64,000 bases of DNA from Octopus bimaculoides (taxonomy: Eukaryota), in the NCBI RefSeq assembly GCF_001194135.2, contig NC_068981.1, positions 177,108,744 through 177,172,743 on the forward strand, read 5' to 3'. The position numbers and the translations under genes were made by a program. Below the pieces are notes generated by a model. The model searched no databases and was not told where the DNA came from. It saw only the letters and a program-made list of their open reading frames with translations. Of this stretch, positions 37,290 to 51,915 are shown piece after piece. Each line of letters begins with the position of its first letter. Positions within the stretch are counted from its first letter, which is position 1.

Positions 37290-37920
37290 ATACTAAAGAA
37301 ACAAGCATTTCAACAAAACTGCCCTTGGTCCCTGAAGTGAATGTATGCCAAGATTAGATGCCTTTCCCTTCCATGCTTATTCATAGTGCCCATGTTAGTG
37401 GGTTCCCCCCACCACCACCACCACCAAATCCTTGGCACTATGAAGAGGCTTGCTGGTCCTCACTCTCCCAACACCTCAAATGCAGCAGTCCAAGGGGTTC
37501 AAATCAAAAGAATTAGGGAGTCATGAGCACACGGTATTTTTGTGGGGGAGGGGTGAATTTTACTGGACATGAGCTATTCCCTTCTTTTTGCTAGAGTTTA
37601 TGCCTTGAAGTCTTTGTGCATCACATATCAAGTAGTGGACTCCACCACCTTGGAAATTTTGGTGGTGGCTTCTATCAATACATTGAGGGTGTCATTGTTG
37701 ATATATTGGATCCGCTGTGAATGTTTCTTTCTCTTAATCACAAATAACATGTCACTGCCAGTGGACCCCTGCTCTTGTCCTGAACATGAATGACCCAGCC
37801 ATGTTCAAGAAGCTGACATTCACCAAGTCACTGTGGCTGGCAGCATGCCTTTCCATTTCCTGTGTCATATTGGAATCTGCCATGTTGATACTGGCAGTAA
37901 TGAGAAAATTAAAACTAGAC
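37290..37920 (-). mobile_element. Internally deleted maT/DD37D-like (Tc1/mariner superfamily) transposase remnant
   Basis: Minus-strand MTQEMERHAA...VSFLNMAGSFMFRTR (HTH-like N-terminus) and LPNSFDLNPLDCCI.GVGRVRTSKPLHS (the WPP.SPDLNPLDY.VWG...NK.PH motif). TIR pair not resolved. Confidence 0.7.
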
Positions 37921-40900
37921 ATGTTGCATAAGATTGTTAGTCATTTTCCATTTATGGCCTGCTAAAGTTTGTTCACAATTACACAATGCACCTTGTATGT
38001 GTGTGTGTGTGTTTAAAAGCACATACACTTGCACAGTATATCTTACATAAGTTGTAAAATCATGCTTGAAAGAAGCAGAAATTCTAATCTTCATCTCTTC
38101 ATGAAAACTGCCATGAAAATTGACAGTTATAGACTAAATGTGGTCTGTTGAGTATATAAAGATTATCATCATTATATAGAATAGATTTAGGTAAACTGTT
38201 GTATTGAAATAGTTTATGAATTTGAAATATCTTTTACTTGGTGACAGTCTAGTTTCTATTTTAGCAAAATTGATTTTTGATATTTTTATGATTCACTTGG
38301 AAGTAGCAGTGAAAAACTTGTCTTTTAGATATTGATTTGCACCAACATTTATTCAAATGACTAAGAACAAAATGCTTTGGGACCAACATAAAGATTGGTA
38401 TTTGATTTAAACGGCTTCAGATTTCAAATCTTTATCTTACCTAGACATATTCCTAATGTTAAACATCAGTGAGAATGGAATTAATTACTTTATGAATAAT
38501 TATGCCGATACCATTGAATTATTATTATTATAATTATTATCATTGTTTCATTGAGATATTTTGTCGGTATATAAACAATTGAAGAGACTAAGATACTTCC
38601 AAGAACAGCTTGTATACTATTGGCCTTTTACAATACCATCTTCAAATCTTGCAAAATAATTGGTACTTCTATCAAATATATTCTTGAAATCAGTAGGCAA
38701 ATAATTACTCATCATCTTTCATATGGTTTTCTCATTTTACTCATTATTTCTAAAGATAACCCTCAAATCTTCACCAATTTATTGAATTGTAAAGTTAACC
38801 AAAGCCCAAATTCATATTTATATATTAGATAATGCTTTATTTAAAATTTATAATTGAATGAAAAAAAGAACATATAATTAAAATGGAACATTTCAATTGG
38901 AATAATAATTTATTCACTTCTAACTGAACAGTTGCCAAAAGCAAAACAAAAATCTCTGTAAAATAAAACTATAAAGTTATGGAAATTAAAAGTAATAGAT
39001 TCCCACTAAGTAAAGAAAACCACTCTTTTGAACATTAACTTTATGTAACAAATACCATAATATATGTATCAATTATCATCTATTCATCTATGTTTCTAAC
39101 ACGTGAGAAGTTTTTCGGTGGTGGGAGATCTTCATATTAACATTAAACTTGTTGTATTTTAATTACACTTTAAAATACACCTGAGTTTAAAGGATCTGCC
39201 AAATTTCTGCTATGAAATCATTATTTCTTCCAAATACAATACAATGGTATTTTTTCAAACATGGTATGATAACATTAAGAAATTCTACTTCATATTTGTT
39301 TCTGATGCTAATTAACCAACATTTCCTTGTTAAATATAGAAAAGCTTATATATTGAATCTTAATTGATCTAAATGGGGCAAGGAAGAAAAGAAAACTTTT
39401 GATCTCTGTTATTTGGTTAAAAAAAAAAGTGGGAGCTTTCAGTAGAAATTACATTGTTTGGTATTTTGTTAAAAAGGTTTGTTTTGATAATTTCTATTGA
39501 ATTGTGATATTGCTGGTTTCAAATAGATCTTGCAATCATCATTCAGTAATAAATGCTGGATAATTTGTTACTTCTAAATGTGTATGAGTGTGTGTGTCTG
39601 TATGTGGGATGAGATTTTAGTCTCTTATTTTCTTCAACTTTGATACTGAGTAGATTGTTGATTGCAAGTTGTATTGAAACCAATTATATCTCAATGCTGG
39701 CAAACAGAATACGTTTCTGTTTATTTTATTACAAAAACTTCTATTTAAAAAAAAAAATGGCAGATTTTTTATTTTTTGCTTCATTTTGTGAATTTTTTTT
39801 TACCATAAAATGTATTAAAAAATATTTTTAGTATTAAAAAAAAGCTGTAAAATATACATTGTCATTGACTTCATTTGAAACTTCTCATTAGGTAATAATT
39901 TTCCTTATTACTCTTATATATATTTAAAAAAAAAAAGGTAATTTTCTCCAGAATTATCATACAGTTCTTGTTAATATTATAATCAATAGAGTAATAGGTC
40001 AGTATAAACATCTGTCTTTTTCTTCTTTAATTTTCAATCTTCATAAATAACTTTTATACTTAGAATAAAAGAATCCCTTGTTCTTTTTGCATTCAAAGAA
40101 TTTATACATTATTATCTTTTTTGCTTAAATCTCCCCAGCCAAATAATTATGAATATTCTCTGAATAAATTATCCTTTTGGCGAACTAACTTTACATTTTC
40201 AATTGTCACTGTCTTCAGTTTTTATCCTTTTTCTTTCATTTTTAAATCTTTACCTTAGTGAGGTGTTTTAAAACTCTAATTCTTGTTGACAACTCTCTCT
40301 CCTTTTTTCTCTTATTCATCAACAATGGCTTTATTTGCCACACAGCTTCAGTTTGGGATGTCTATATATATCTTATTTTTATCTCTTCATTTTTATCTTT
40401 ATTTCAATCGAAGTTGGTATCTGTTGCTCTATGTTCTTTTGTCTCTTACTTATCCTTAGGCATGCACTTCATTCTCCCTGCGTGATGATGCCTAAGATTT
40501 GCTTTATTTTACAAATTTATAGGCAATCTTATTACTTTAAACTGGAAATTTTTAAATCAAAGATAGAGTATCTATAGTGGTAGACATGGTGTTAATAACA
40601 TTAAAACCTATACTTTTAGTGTTAACAAAATACTTTCAACTCTTAGTGTATTTGTCTGTGAGAAGGTACAGTGCTAAACCTTTTCTCCAATCGTTATTGT
40701 GACAGGAGTAAATCTCAGTTTTCTATAAAGTTCAAATTGAAAATGACTTCTTTCAGTTTGATAGTTATTTCTGAGCTATAGAGTGAGTTTATCTTATTTT
40801 AAACTTAATAACTTCATACATTAATATCCAAAATGTGTACCAGCAATTACTTTTTTTTTTTTTTTTAATTCATGATAAGTTGAAAATATATATAACAATC

Positions 40901-43035
40901 TTAAAGCATTTTAACTATTCTTATCAACATATCGAGAACCCTATTATTTTTTTTTTCCTCACTTGTTTTCAATTATAGTATTTGATTCACCTATCATCTT
41001 TAGACTCCTCTTATCTAAACTCTAATAACAGTGCTATCAAACTGATCAGATTGCATATATCCTAAGTTTTGTTTTTATTTATATATACTTCTTTACATCA
41101 CAGCTCCTCTCCCTTAAAAGCTATTAATAGCTTACATCAAAGTTTGATTGGAAATTTAAACACTTCTCTCCCATCACTTACATACTTTCAACTTTTCTTA
41201 TTTTCATCTGACGTAAATGTCATTAAAATACAGCCTTCATGATATCACTATATTTTAGTTTGATTTTTATCTGATAAAACTTGAAGAAGTATTTTTATTT
41301 GAAGACAATAATAATAATAATAATAATAGTAATAATAATAATAATGATAATAATAATAATAAGGCTTAAAACTTCAAAACTCAGCAAAATGTAGAACTTT
41401 AAAAATAAAATTACTGTAATTTCTCCAAAGCTAATTGACGAAACAATAATGATAATGAAAGGCTTGCTTTTGGTAGGGAATTAGCCTCCATTTCCCACCA
41501 TTACTATTTTGTCGTACCAGACCTATAATTCTCTCTAATCAACAATGCCTGAATGACCCACTTCCATCACCTCCCTGCTGTCCACCCTTCCACACTGCTC
41601 TCTTGTTGTCTTAATCTGCCAGTACACTAGAGATCTATGGTCAGAATCCATTCCATCTCCTCGTATTCCAATCTTGCTGCCAAAAATGCTGGCCACCTAG
41701 CAATATTATTTCTTATTGCCTGCTATGTATTTTTTTTCTATAAAATGAAATTCTTCCACAGCTGTTGGAGATTATTTTTGCTTGTTTTATTCTTTAATTT
41801 CTTTTAGTTTAGTTTTGAATTTAACATTTTTTTTTATTGTTCTTTACTGCATTTTTCAATTTTTTTCTTGCTTTATTCACTAAAAAATGCGCTTCTACTG
41901 ACCTCTGTCCTATCAATTTTGCTTCATGTTATACAGATCCTTGCATCATTCATTTTTTTTGTTATTAATAAATATTTTGTCTTAATGGAATAGGATTGAA
42001 TAATATTTAGAACTTGAAAACTGTGTGAAAAATATCCATATTTTTTCCCACCATGATAACTGATGTATAGTAGTTTGAACCAGGAAATTCTTTTCTGTTA
42101 TCAAATAAGATATCACTAGAGGAAGAGATTTTTAGACTTCTACTCCTAATATGCTTCTTATACTTCTTTGCCTTCTGTTAAAAGTTTAACTAGATTAGAA
42201 TCCATTTTAAAAGTCAGATTTAACCACGATTGCACTTTAAGAACTTTTATACCATTTTTTTCTTTTTTTAAGGAAAAGATATTTCTAGGTTTCTCTTGTG
42301 ATCTAAGTATATAATTGCTAAATTATTTTCCCTGTTATCAGCATCAGCATCCCTAAATTTGTTAGTAACAAAGGTCTTGCTATTATTCTATCTTGAACTA
42401 CTGAAAGTATAGCAGTATTTTTCAGCGCCTATCAAAGGATTTAGTATTTCAATTCATTGTCATGCTAATCATAATTAATCATAAAACATCCTAAATCCAA
42501 TTACATACATAATTCATTTAAGTTTTTTTTTTAACAAGTTTCAACATTCTTTTGTCATATTTAAACTATAATTTCTGCAACTACATTAACATAACTCTCC
42601 TAGCTGACACTGACAAAGTATTAGAGGAGTAACAATCTACAGTGTGTATTGTCTTTTATCTACATTTTCACTAAATCAAATGGAGAAACACTCGATTTTC
42701 TCAACTATTCTAGGATTTCACTCAAATGCTTTATCACCAGCTCCTATCTACCACTATATACACTCAGTTATACATCCTTCCATGTCTGTTTACTTCTGGA
42801 CTAAGCCCTTGCATAATATTATCATTCATAGTCAGTATTATTAACATTTTTTTTTATTACTTTGAATTTTCCTCTAATTAAACTCATCAAACTGCTGGTA
42901 TGGCATGACATTTCATCAAATTGCATGGCTGTTTTTATTGTGCTTTTTTGTAATGAATGTTTTCTGATTTTTCTAAATATTTTTGATTTTCATTTTTGAT
43001 GTTATTACATGTTTTTATTTTTGCTATGGCTTGCT

Positions 43036-43078
<43 letters not shown>

Positions 43079-43101
43079 ATTTGCACATATATATATATAT
43101 A

Positions 43102-43141
<40 letters not shown>

Positions 43142-43650
43142 NNNNNNNNNNNNNNNNNNNNNNNNNNNNNNNNNNNNNNNNNNNNNNNNNNNNNNNNNNN
43201 NNNNNNNNNNNNNNNNNNNNNNNNNNNNNNNNNNNNNNNNNNNNNNNNNNNNNNNNNNNNNNNNNNNNNNNNNNNNNNNNNNNNNNNNNNNNNNNNNNNN
43301 NNNNNNNNNNNNNNNNNNNNNNNNNNNNNNNNNNNNNNNNNNNNNNNNNNNNNNNNNNNNNNNNNNNNNNNNNNNNNNNNNNNNNNNNNNNNNNNNNNNN
43401 NNNNNNNNNNNNNNNNNNNNNNNNNNNNNNNNNNNNNNNNNNNNNNNNNNNNNNNNNNNNNNNNNNNNNNNNNNNNNNNNNNNNNNNNNNNNNNNNNNNN
43501 NNNNNNNNNNNNNNNNNNNNNNNNNNNNNNNNNNNNNNNNNNNNNNNNNNNNNNNNNNNNNNNNNNNNNNNNNNNNNNNNNNNNNNNNNNNNNNNNNNNN
43601 NNNNNNNNNNNNNNNNNNNNNNNNNNNNNNNNNNNNNNNNNNNNNNNNNN
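43142..43650. other. Assembly gap (N run) flanked by (TA)n
   Basis: 509 N. Confidence 1.
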
Positions 43651-46099
43651 TATATATATTAAGTATACAATATTAAAATTGTCTGATAGCTTTTACAGAA
43701 ATTAAGGCAAATACAAAGTTTTCCTTTTAAATACTCTCTCCTTATCCTTATTCAATATTTTTCTTTGGATAAAGTTCTACAAAAGCCAACTGAAGAAAAT
43801 CTGAAGAGTTTATTGCTTGAAATAGAATCAAAAATAATTTCTTTACTTTCTTTTTACTGGAGGAAAAACTGAAAACAAAATAAGTTCTTTACAGTTTCCA
43901 AATGACTATAACTTTTTTTTTTTCATAATATTTTAGTGCTAAAAAATAGTTACGTACACACTCTTCAGTGTGTGTGTGTGTGTGTGCATATATGTATGTA
44001 TGTTTTTTATGCATGAGCTGAACAATGTTTTTGGCACTAAACATTTTGGCTCATTAGCAATTTGATGTGTAAATTCTAAGATTCATGAATTATATATCAA
44101 AGACAATAAACTGGCCTATTTGTGTCAACCCTTTAGATACTACTATCAATAATTTAGGTATTTTCTACATTTTACTTTTTATTTCTTATCTTTTTCCAAA
44201 CATTGCTTCTAATTAGTTAATAATTGATTATTTAGTATGTAAATAAACTTTATCATGAATACGCTTTGTTTTATTTGGGGGTTGTTTTTATTTTCTGTAT
44301 TCTGTTTTAGCTACAAAAATTTTTTTAATGGCTTTCCATAAGTGAAATGAATGTAAAGTGAAAACAAAAAATAGGTTGTGGGGTTTAATTTTAAGTAAAC
44401 TACAAGTAATATTCAAATCAAATTTATGTTGCTTAAAGATTTTGTGAAGGATTTGTTTTTTTAATGATTGTTTTACAGTTCAATGCTTCAATAATAATGT
44501 CTATTAGTAGCAAGTCACATTTTCACATTACAATCAGTTTACTATTAATCTTATTACTTTGAAAGGTTGATCTGAAACTCTATGGTGCCTTTGACTTTTA
44601 TTTCAACAAATTATAGACATTGTCTACTAACTTACACTTACCTACCTACTTCTTACTGAGAAAATATAGCATATTCTGCATGTGATTGTCATGACAAGGT
44701 AATGGTGACAAACAGCTCTCTTTAACATCAGTTTTACTACACTGTCTTCAGATAGATCAATATTTTATACAAGTTCTACTGGAAGATTTTTTTTTAATTT
44801 TTTAAACTATCCTGATATATTAGTTTTAATCTGGAATAGTAGCTCTTCTGGGTGGGTAATCTTCACAAATTGAAGATATTCATCTTTTGAAAAAGGAGAC
44901 ACTGATCACAAGTGAAGGTGTTAAAATAATAATGGGGAGGAGTAAATGTAGATAAGAGGAAGAAAAGAGAATAATGGTGCGTGGGAGGTTATAATTTAGT
45001 GAGAAGAGCAGTGTCCACAGTATTTTCAAGCCTTCCCAGAGTAGGTTGATCAATATAGTTGACATTCAGTTTGAACATCATATTTAAGACTATGTGGGTA
45101 GGGATGGAATTGCAGTTATAGGCAAGAAATATGATGAAAAATGTTTATTGAAATAATAGTAGTAACAGAATTAGGAGAATCAGATCATCTGGATATGCAA
45201 CTTGCTAGATTATAACAGCAGAAGCCGTGAGCTAGGATTGTAGTGTATTAGTGAATGACTTCCATATTTTTGATTCTAACATGCAAAATGTTGGGAGAAA
45301 AAGAATCTACCCACCGCCTTAGAATTCCTAGTTTAACAAAAGATTTTATTCCACAGATTCGTCTGCTTATTAATAGTTATAAGGACCTGCAAAAATTGCA
45401 GTTATCACAATATTAGTTCCTTACTTTAATATTTTTTTAATTAAAATTAATTACCTATTAAATCAGTTTCAAGAATTAAAATTATTAGTCCTTTGTTTGA
45501 TATTTTTCCATAATTAAAAAATAAAATTATTGATTTGATGAAATCATTTCTTTTACAGTGAAACAAATAGGATGGGACGCAGTAACATTATACATATTTT
45601 AAACCTGCACTATCTCATCTATTAGGCCTAATCTTCTTAAGTCTTTATCTTCCACAAATACTCTCTAAAACTAACTTATAGCACTTTTCCCTAGCATGCA
45701 TTGTTTTAATTAGATGTTCATACTATTACAATCAGTTTTTAAATGTATATTTTCAAATCTCTTTGATACTCAGTCACTTCTACAACTTGTTTGCAGTTAA
45801 ATATCATCAGAAGTGTATAAAGTTTGGCCTATGGACCATATTCAGAAGCCTTTCTCCAAATCCTGCAGATCTTCTGCCTTTTTGTTTTGGGAGAGAAATC
45901 TATAATCACCAACAGAAGCAGCAATAATTAGCTATATTTAAACAAACACCACAGATTTTAATTTTTGAATTAAAACCTACTGAAGACAGAAACAATTTTA
46001 CATAATGCAATTAAAACACAAAAACAGATAACATTATTTTAAATTCTGGAAACAAAATACTTGAATTTCAATAGATAAAGAAAAGTAAACAATTCTTAG

Positions 46100-46800
46100 A
46101 GACTAGCACCTTCTGCTTTCTAATCTCAAAATAGTGGGTCTGTAGATGATCTTATTCATTTTCTATAGGTTAAGCAGAGGTTGCTCATGAAGTTAGCAGC
46201 TTCAGTGCATGCGATGCATCTGTGATTCTGGTTCCTTGTCAATCTGCCATGGATCCATTACCCCTTTTGTTCACCTTATTTTCGTTGACTACACAACACT
46301 GAGGTCTTGTCTACTTCTTTACTGCATATATTAAGCAAGTCTGTTTCTCAGATGATAATTATCCCCTTTAAATTAGTAAGCTAGTTTTTATGATATTCAC
46401 TTTTTAGCCCTTTGTTGTATCAATCAGAAACAACTCTAAAGTTTTTAATCATTTCAAAAAATCTGGATTGAATCAGTCTTAATATCAGGATAAAGAAACT
46501 AGATATCTCTTCTTGTACTTCTGTGAACCTAAACTATCAAAGAAATCAAGACTGGTATCAGTCCTTGGTGCATATCTGCCTCTACAACATATCCTCCTTC
46601 CCCATGGCCTTATTGAAACGTTCACTTATTTACATGGCCTGAACAATTTTTACAAATCATTCAGCCATATATAGCTTTTTCATTGCCCACTTGACTAAAG
46701 AATGCATCATAGAATTTTTTCTTTTTTTTTTCAAAATAGTTCCTTGCATGCAAAAACCCAAAATAATTGTATACTATGAGGAGGAGTCCTTTAACAATTT
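46100..46800 (-). mobile_element. Highly degenerate RTE reverse transcriptase remnant
   Basis: Minus-strand KWAMKKLYMAE.FVKIVQAM and DMHQGLIPVLI resemble RTE RT W.LRKLG..EWLV..VQ.MY and GVHQGS.LSPLL. Confidence 0.5.
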
Positions 46801-47339
46801 TGGTTCAGACTATAATATGACAATGTAGAGGGATGAAGACCCAAGATAGTAGAATAGTGAAGTAAAATGTCGCATAATACTTAATTTCTTTTGCTGACTT
46901 GAATTAAAATGCCTGTGACAATTCACCTTTCAAGTGTTTAGAGTTAATAAAATAATGTAGTTGGTTTGATTTAACTGACTACATGTCTACCTCTGCTACA
47001 ATTAGCCCTGTCAATATCTTGGTCCTATTGCTGCTTTTGATACTTGAAAGAAAATATTCCAAAACTAAAGATACTACTACTTGTTCGTATCAATACCTAA
47101 GATTTCCTTTAATTGACTAATTTGAATAAATTTTTGAATAAAATTTTCAGGTAATTTTAAATAAAATTAAAAATGTTAATGTTTTGAATCAGGAAAAATA
47201 AAAATCACAAGTGACTGAAATATCAGAGATTTAGCCATCCATATGGTATTATTTTTGTCTTTAAGATGGTTAAATTCATTTGTTTAATATCTGTTTTTAA
47301 AACAATACGCTTTGAGTTTTCTATTTCACCACATTCCAG

Positions 47340-47662
47340 ATTCCCGTGATTATGCTGTACCTGACGTGACCAAGTCATCTTTGACAGTGTCCCTACCACC
47401 ACGACCTCCACGACCTCCCAAGGGCACACCCATCATGGGTAACACACTTGACAAACCTCCCAACTATGAAGCACTTTATGCTGCTGCAGATATAGTCAAT
47501 GTACACGTGCCTAACATTCCCAGTCTACAGGGGGTTAGTGGCAACAATATTTATGCAGTACCCAATGCTGACCTACTTCTTAGTATTGACTACTCTGTGG
47601 CAGAATTTCCTAGAGATAACCTTAAATTCATTGAAGTTCTTGGTGAAGGACAATTTGGAGAG
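47340..47662 (+). CDS. DDR: DDR exon E: distal juxtamembrane region and kinase Gly-rich loop
   Basis: ttccag|ATTCC acceptor and GAG|gtaaga donor; 323 nt. Reads DSRDYAVPDV...YAAADIV...GNNIYAVP...EFPRDNLKFIEVLGEGQFGE. Confidence 0.95.
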
Positions 47663-49919
47663 GTAAGATGTGTGTATGTTATAAATTTGAATAATTTTTC
47701 TTTATATGATTTGATTTCAGCAATGCTTTGTCACCTTTGAACATCTATAGGCAAAAGTTTTTGTTGAACTATGAAAAAGATCTTTTGTCAAACTGAGGAG
47801 GACAAGATGAAATCTAGACCTAAGAGTTTCTTATGATGCTGATATGATCTTTGGAGTTAGTTTTTTGTGAAAACTTTATAAGAATTCTTATAGTTGATGC
47901 TACAGAAGGGAAGAATGAAAATATGATTCTTGGCTTCATAGAGTTGTGTGTTTCTTAAAAGCTTCATTAGATTATCACTATGCTCCCAGACTCTCTTCCC
48001 AGACTTCATTAGCAATCACTATCTGTTCTCAAAGCACCAATTACAAGTATTTCTCTGGATTTTGCAATCCATAGTTTGTTTTTCTCACTAGACTCTTGGA
48101 AACTACTGAATGTAAACCCAGGAACTTTTTCATTTATCAAGTGTTTCAACAATATGCTAATTTTCTTTTTGATTTTCATTTTTATTTAGTTTCTCATTAA
48201 TTCTACCATCTTTTTTGCCATGTGCAATGCTTTTCTCCTTGAACATAATAGTTTAAAAATACAGAATATGTCTGGAAAAGTGTTGTTATTTAAGGATGAG
48301 AAATTGTGTGTCTTACTCAGGTGTTTGTATAATTCTCTGCAGTCGAGTGTTCTAGCCATAATTGGTAATATGCTAAAACTATAATGGCTGAAGCCTTTGT
48401 ATTGATCAATAAAAGCACTTCAGCATATGTCTCTTACTTTCAGCTACTTCATAATTCTAACTCAGGAAACGGTATAATGTTTCGATACTAAAAAAGACAA
48501 TAGTGGATCAGAATCTCTGCAGTGAAACTGTAATTCATGCAATTTATACATGCAATTATGTGTGGAAATAGAAAAGTTTTACAAAAATACCATCACCATT
48601 GAAACAATAGATGCAATGATTTTATAAATGGTCTGAAAATTTTAACTGTATTTATGTGTGTAAGTGTGTGATGCTTTGCTAATTTTGCACCTGCTTTTAT
48701 TTTGAAAAGAATATAGAAAGTAAATAATGAATATAAATGGTTAAACAACTTTAAATTCTCATTAAACTAAGTTGAATGCATAGATAAAGGAAATGCCGGG
48801 AAAATGGCAATGAAGGCTGTAGTAATAAGATATTGAATGTTTTTTCTCTATTAGGTGTAATCACATTTTGAGGAATGTGCTTGCTAGAAATGAATGTTAA
48901 CTCTATTTTAACACACAACATGGAGAAAATGGAATATAATATTTATAATGTGATTACTTAGAATATAATGTTCATGATATATAAAAACTATGTACTGATG
49001 TAACAGAAATGCAAAGAAACATGACCTTATATAAGCCCTATCAAAAATTACTTTTCTTTCATTTATTTATTTATTGTCTTAAATAAAAAATTTATTGGTT
49101 AACTTGAACAAAGATATCTTTAAAATTGTCAAGCACACCATAGTACAGACTTAATCTCCTGGGTAACATATTCTGCAGTCTGCTTTCTGATCCTCAGTTG
49201 AACTTATTTAATTTCACTAACAAATTCTTCCTGAATTAAAAAAAAAAAAATTAGAGCTGGCAAGAGGAGAATAAATATAACATTCACTGTATGATGCTGG
49301 CACAGCGAGCTACATTTAGAAAATGCATTCTGAATAGAAAAAATATACTCTGATGGTACATGTGTGTGTGTGAATAATTTTTAGATCTGCAATATGTTGC
49401 CTTTAATTAATTTTAATTGCTGGAATACATTATTTTGCAGAGGAGTATGTGATTATTTCCATTTGAATCCTGTCCATAAAACAATAAGTGGAATATCATC
49501 CCCTTCAAATAACAGTTTAACATAGACTTAACAATAAATTGAATTTTATTCCTTCACAATAAGAAAAAGATATTTCTTCACATAACCTTTTGGTTAAGAA
49601 GTTTGTATCATAACTACATGGTTCTGAGTGAGATTCCACTGCTTGAGTAGCAATGAAAGACTTAATGTTAACCAATATTTGTGCACAGAATTTGGTAGTT
49701 GGAAATTGTGAAAATATATATTTACCATAATGTAAATATCCTAAAATATGTATAATCATAGATTTTCCACACTACAGCCATTATCTAATATAGAACTCAA
49801 TTTGTTTGGTAGATATATATTTTTTTTTTGTAATGAACATATATATTAATATGTATATGTGTAAATATATATGTAGCTCACTCTAGTAAGACCATTTCTT
49901 GATTATTATTCATGCTTCA

Positions 49920-51200
49920 TTTCTAAAAATGACCGAGACTCCACCTCTTAAGCATTGCAGTAACTGCAGCTGCACAGGCAACTAGAGATTTGTAATTGCT
50001 TTCACTTACTCTACACCTTCCATGTAATGAAGCGGGGAAGTGGCTGCATTTCATTGTCAGTGATGTACATGATACTCTGACTGCTGCAATAAAGAATTCT
50101 GCCATCTGTTTGGGTTGTGAAGATGGAAAACCAATTATATTTCCTACAGTAGCTGAATAGTAGGAAATGGGATCATGCTGGTTGCTCAGTGAGCTAAGAA
50201 ATACTTGTACTGATGAAAATATTTGTAGTGGACGTCCTAGCACTGAACTAACCCCATTTTTTATAAAAATCATAAAAAATAGTATGGACAAAACCCCCTG
50301 ACCTCAAATTGAGAAGACACAGGCTTGACCTACATATACCCCTGTATTCCAGCCAGAGAGACTGTGTATCTATCTTAGACTGGTGCTGAAGACCACCACA
50401 CTGAAAATCATCAAGTTCTTGAATTTTACTTGCCTCTTAGTTCCATTATTAATCTTAAAACAGCTGCAGTTGATTTTATAGCAAAGCTTCCATGTCTTTG
50501 AGTCAGCTGATACCTTGCTCTGTACCTCATCTATCTAGAATAGATTGATGGTACTTGTGTTTTTCAAACAATAGTCAGTGTGTTCAGATTTGGGAAACCC
50601 AATTTAGACAGTAGCTGTTTTGTGGATTATCTTACGCATGGCTGGTGTAATGTTGGTAGCCTTTTTTATCTTGCTGGTCATATTTGCTGTAAGTGTACAA
50701 TGCACTTCGGATTTTTTGTTTTCTACTCGTTTCAGTGCAGTTTTGCTAAATTCCTTGAACTTCAATCTCACAGACAAATTGCATACACTATGTATCAACA
50801 CATGATTAGTGAAGCAGTACTCAGCCTCCCTCATGACAGATGTACAGCTTGCATCTGTAATGTTGCCCCTCTGAGTAAGCACATATTCCAACAGGTGCTA
50901 TTGTTTTAACTGTGGCTGGCAATAGTTGTAAAACTTGTTTGTTCAGGAAGCTGGAAGAAGTTTTGTCATGGCTAGATCATATTTCAGGCATTGTTTGAAT
51001 ATTAGTTGTCTGTTGGACTTGATATTTCATTTTCCAAAGTAACCTGATGCATGGTCACATGTTTGGTAATTTATCCTTATTCTTGCATTAATATTGTCCT
51101 GGCACAAGCATCTTATTAGTTGTTAGTACTGCATCTTCATATACACTTTCAGCAACTTTCAACATGTTCTTCTAATAAAAGGTATTTTACTGATTGAGTT
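49920..51200 (-). mobile_element. Degenerate RTE LINE endonuclease/linker remnant
   Basis: Minus-strand PQLKQ.HLLEYVLTQRGNITDASCTSVMREAEYCFTNHVLIHSVCNLSVRLK resembles the RTE APE C-terminus HPRSK.WHLLDYVL.R..D...T.VM..AEC.TDH.L. Confidence 0.65.
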
Positions 51201-51384
51201 GCTTGCAGAGAAACTAGGACAGACTAATTTAGGATCTTGGCAAATTGTATATTCAGTATTTGGTGTTGGTTGTTGATAGATTTATATCTAAGTTTTTCGG
51301 TTGTGGCTGTACATTCTTCCTTAAGCTTAAATTTTGTCTCTAAACTATCATTTTAATTTGTTTTGTAGATTGTGTGTGCATGCG

Positions 51385-51915
51385 TAGGGCATTGGCATGG
51401 CTATATGGTTAAGAAGTTTTTCTTTGCAACCACAAGGTTTCAGGTTTATTCTCATTGCACACCGTCTTGGGCGAGTGTCTTTTGCTAAAGCACTGAGCTA
51501 GCCAATGCTTTGTGAATGAATTTGGTTGATGGAAACTGTGCTGAAGCCTCTTATAGCTGTATATATTTGGGTTTTGTCCTGCTACCATGTGATCTTGCAT
51601 TCTATCGTACTACACAGGACACTGGAAGTCTTCTACTGTAATCTAGGGTCAACCAATGTCTTGTGGGTGGATTTAGGATGATGAGAACAGTTGAAGCCTG
51701 TCATGCATGTATGTGAGTGTGTGACTGGGTTAATATTTACATGAAATCATTGAACTTTATGATATTGTCATATAAAATGGTTGTCTAGATTTTGCGCTTT
51801 CAAAAACCAGTAAAATAAAAAAATTGAGAAACAGTTTAGATTTAACAGGAAGGACACCTAGCTGTAAAACAATACCTTGTTGTATTTGTTCAACCTATGC
51901 TAGCATAGGAAACAG
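51385..51915 (+). mobile_element. Degenerate CORE-type SINE with duplicated central domain and RTE-type tail
   Basis: Head gcatggctatatggttaagaagttt; two copies of gtcttct/ttgct..ta.....gg.caaccaatg.cttgtg.gtg.attt; tail aggaaggacacctagctgtaaaac...caacctatgctagcat. Confidence 0.6.

Noticed and set aside
37386-37526. Possible hidden DDR juxtamembrane exon (acceptor-like ttcatag, then VPMLVGSPHHHHHQILGTMKR)
   Set aside because: There is no convincing phase-1 donor, and the opposite strand encodes the maT/Tc1 SPDLNPLD motif, which explains the GC-rich sequence.
44880-45065. ORF vaguely like a GIY-YIG C-terminus (W..LKIL)
   Set aside because: Too few motif matches to call.
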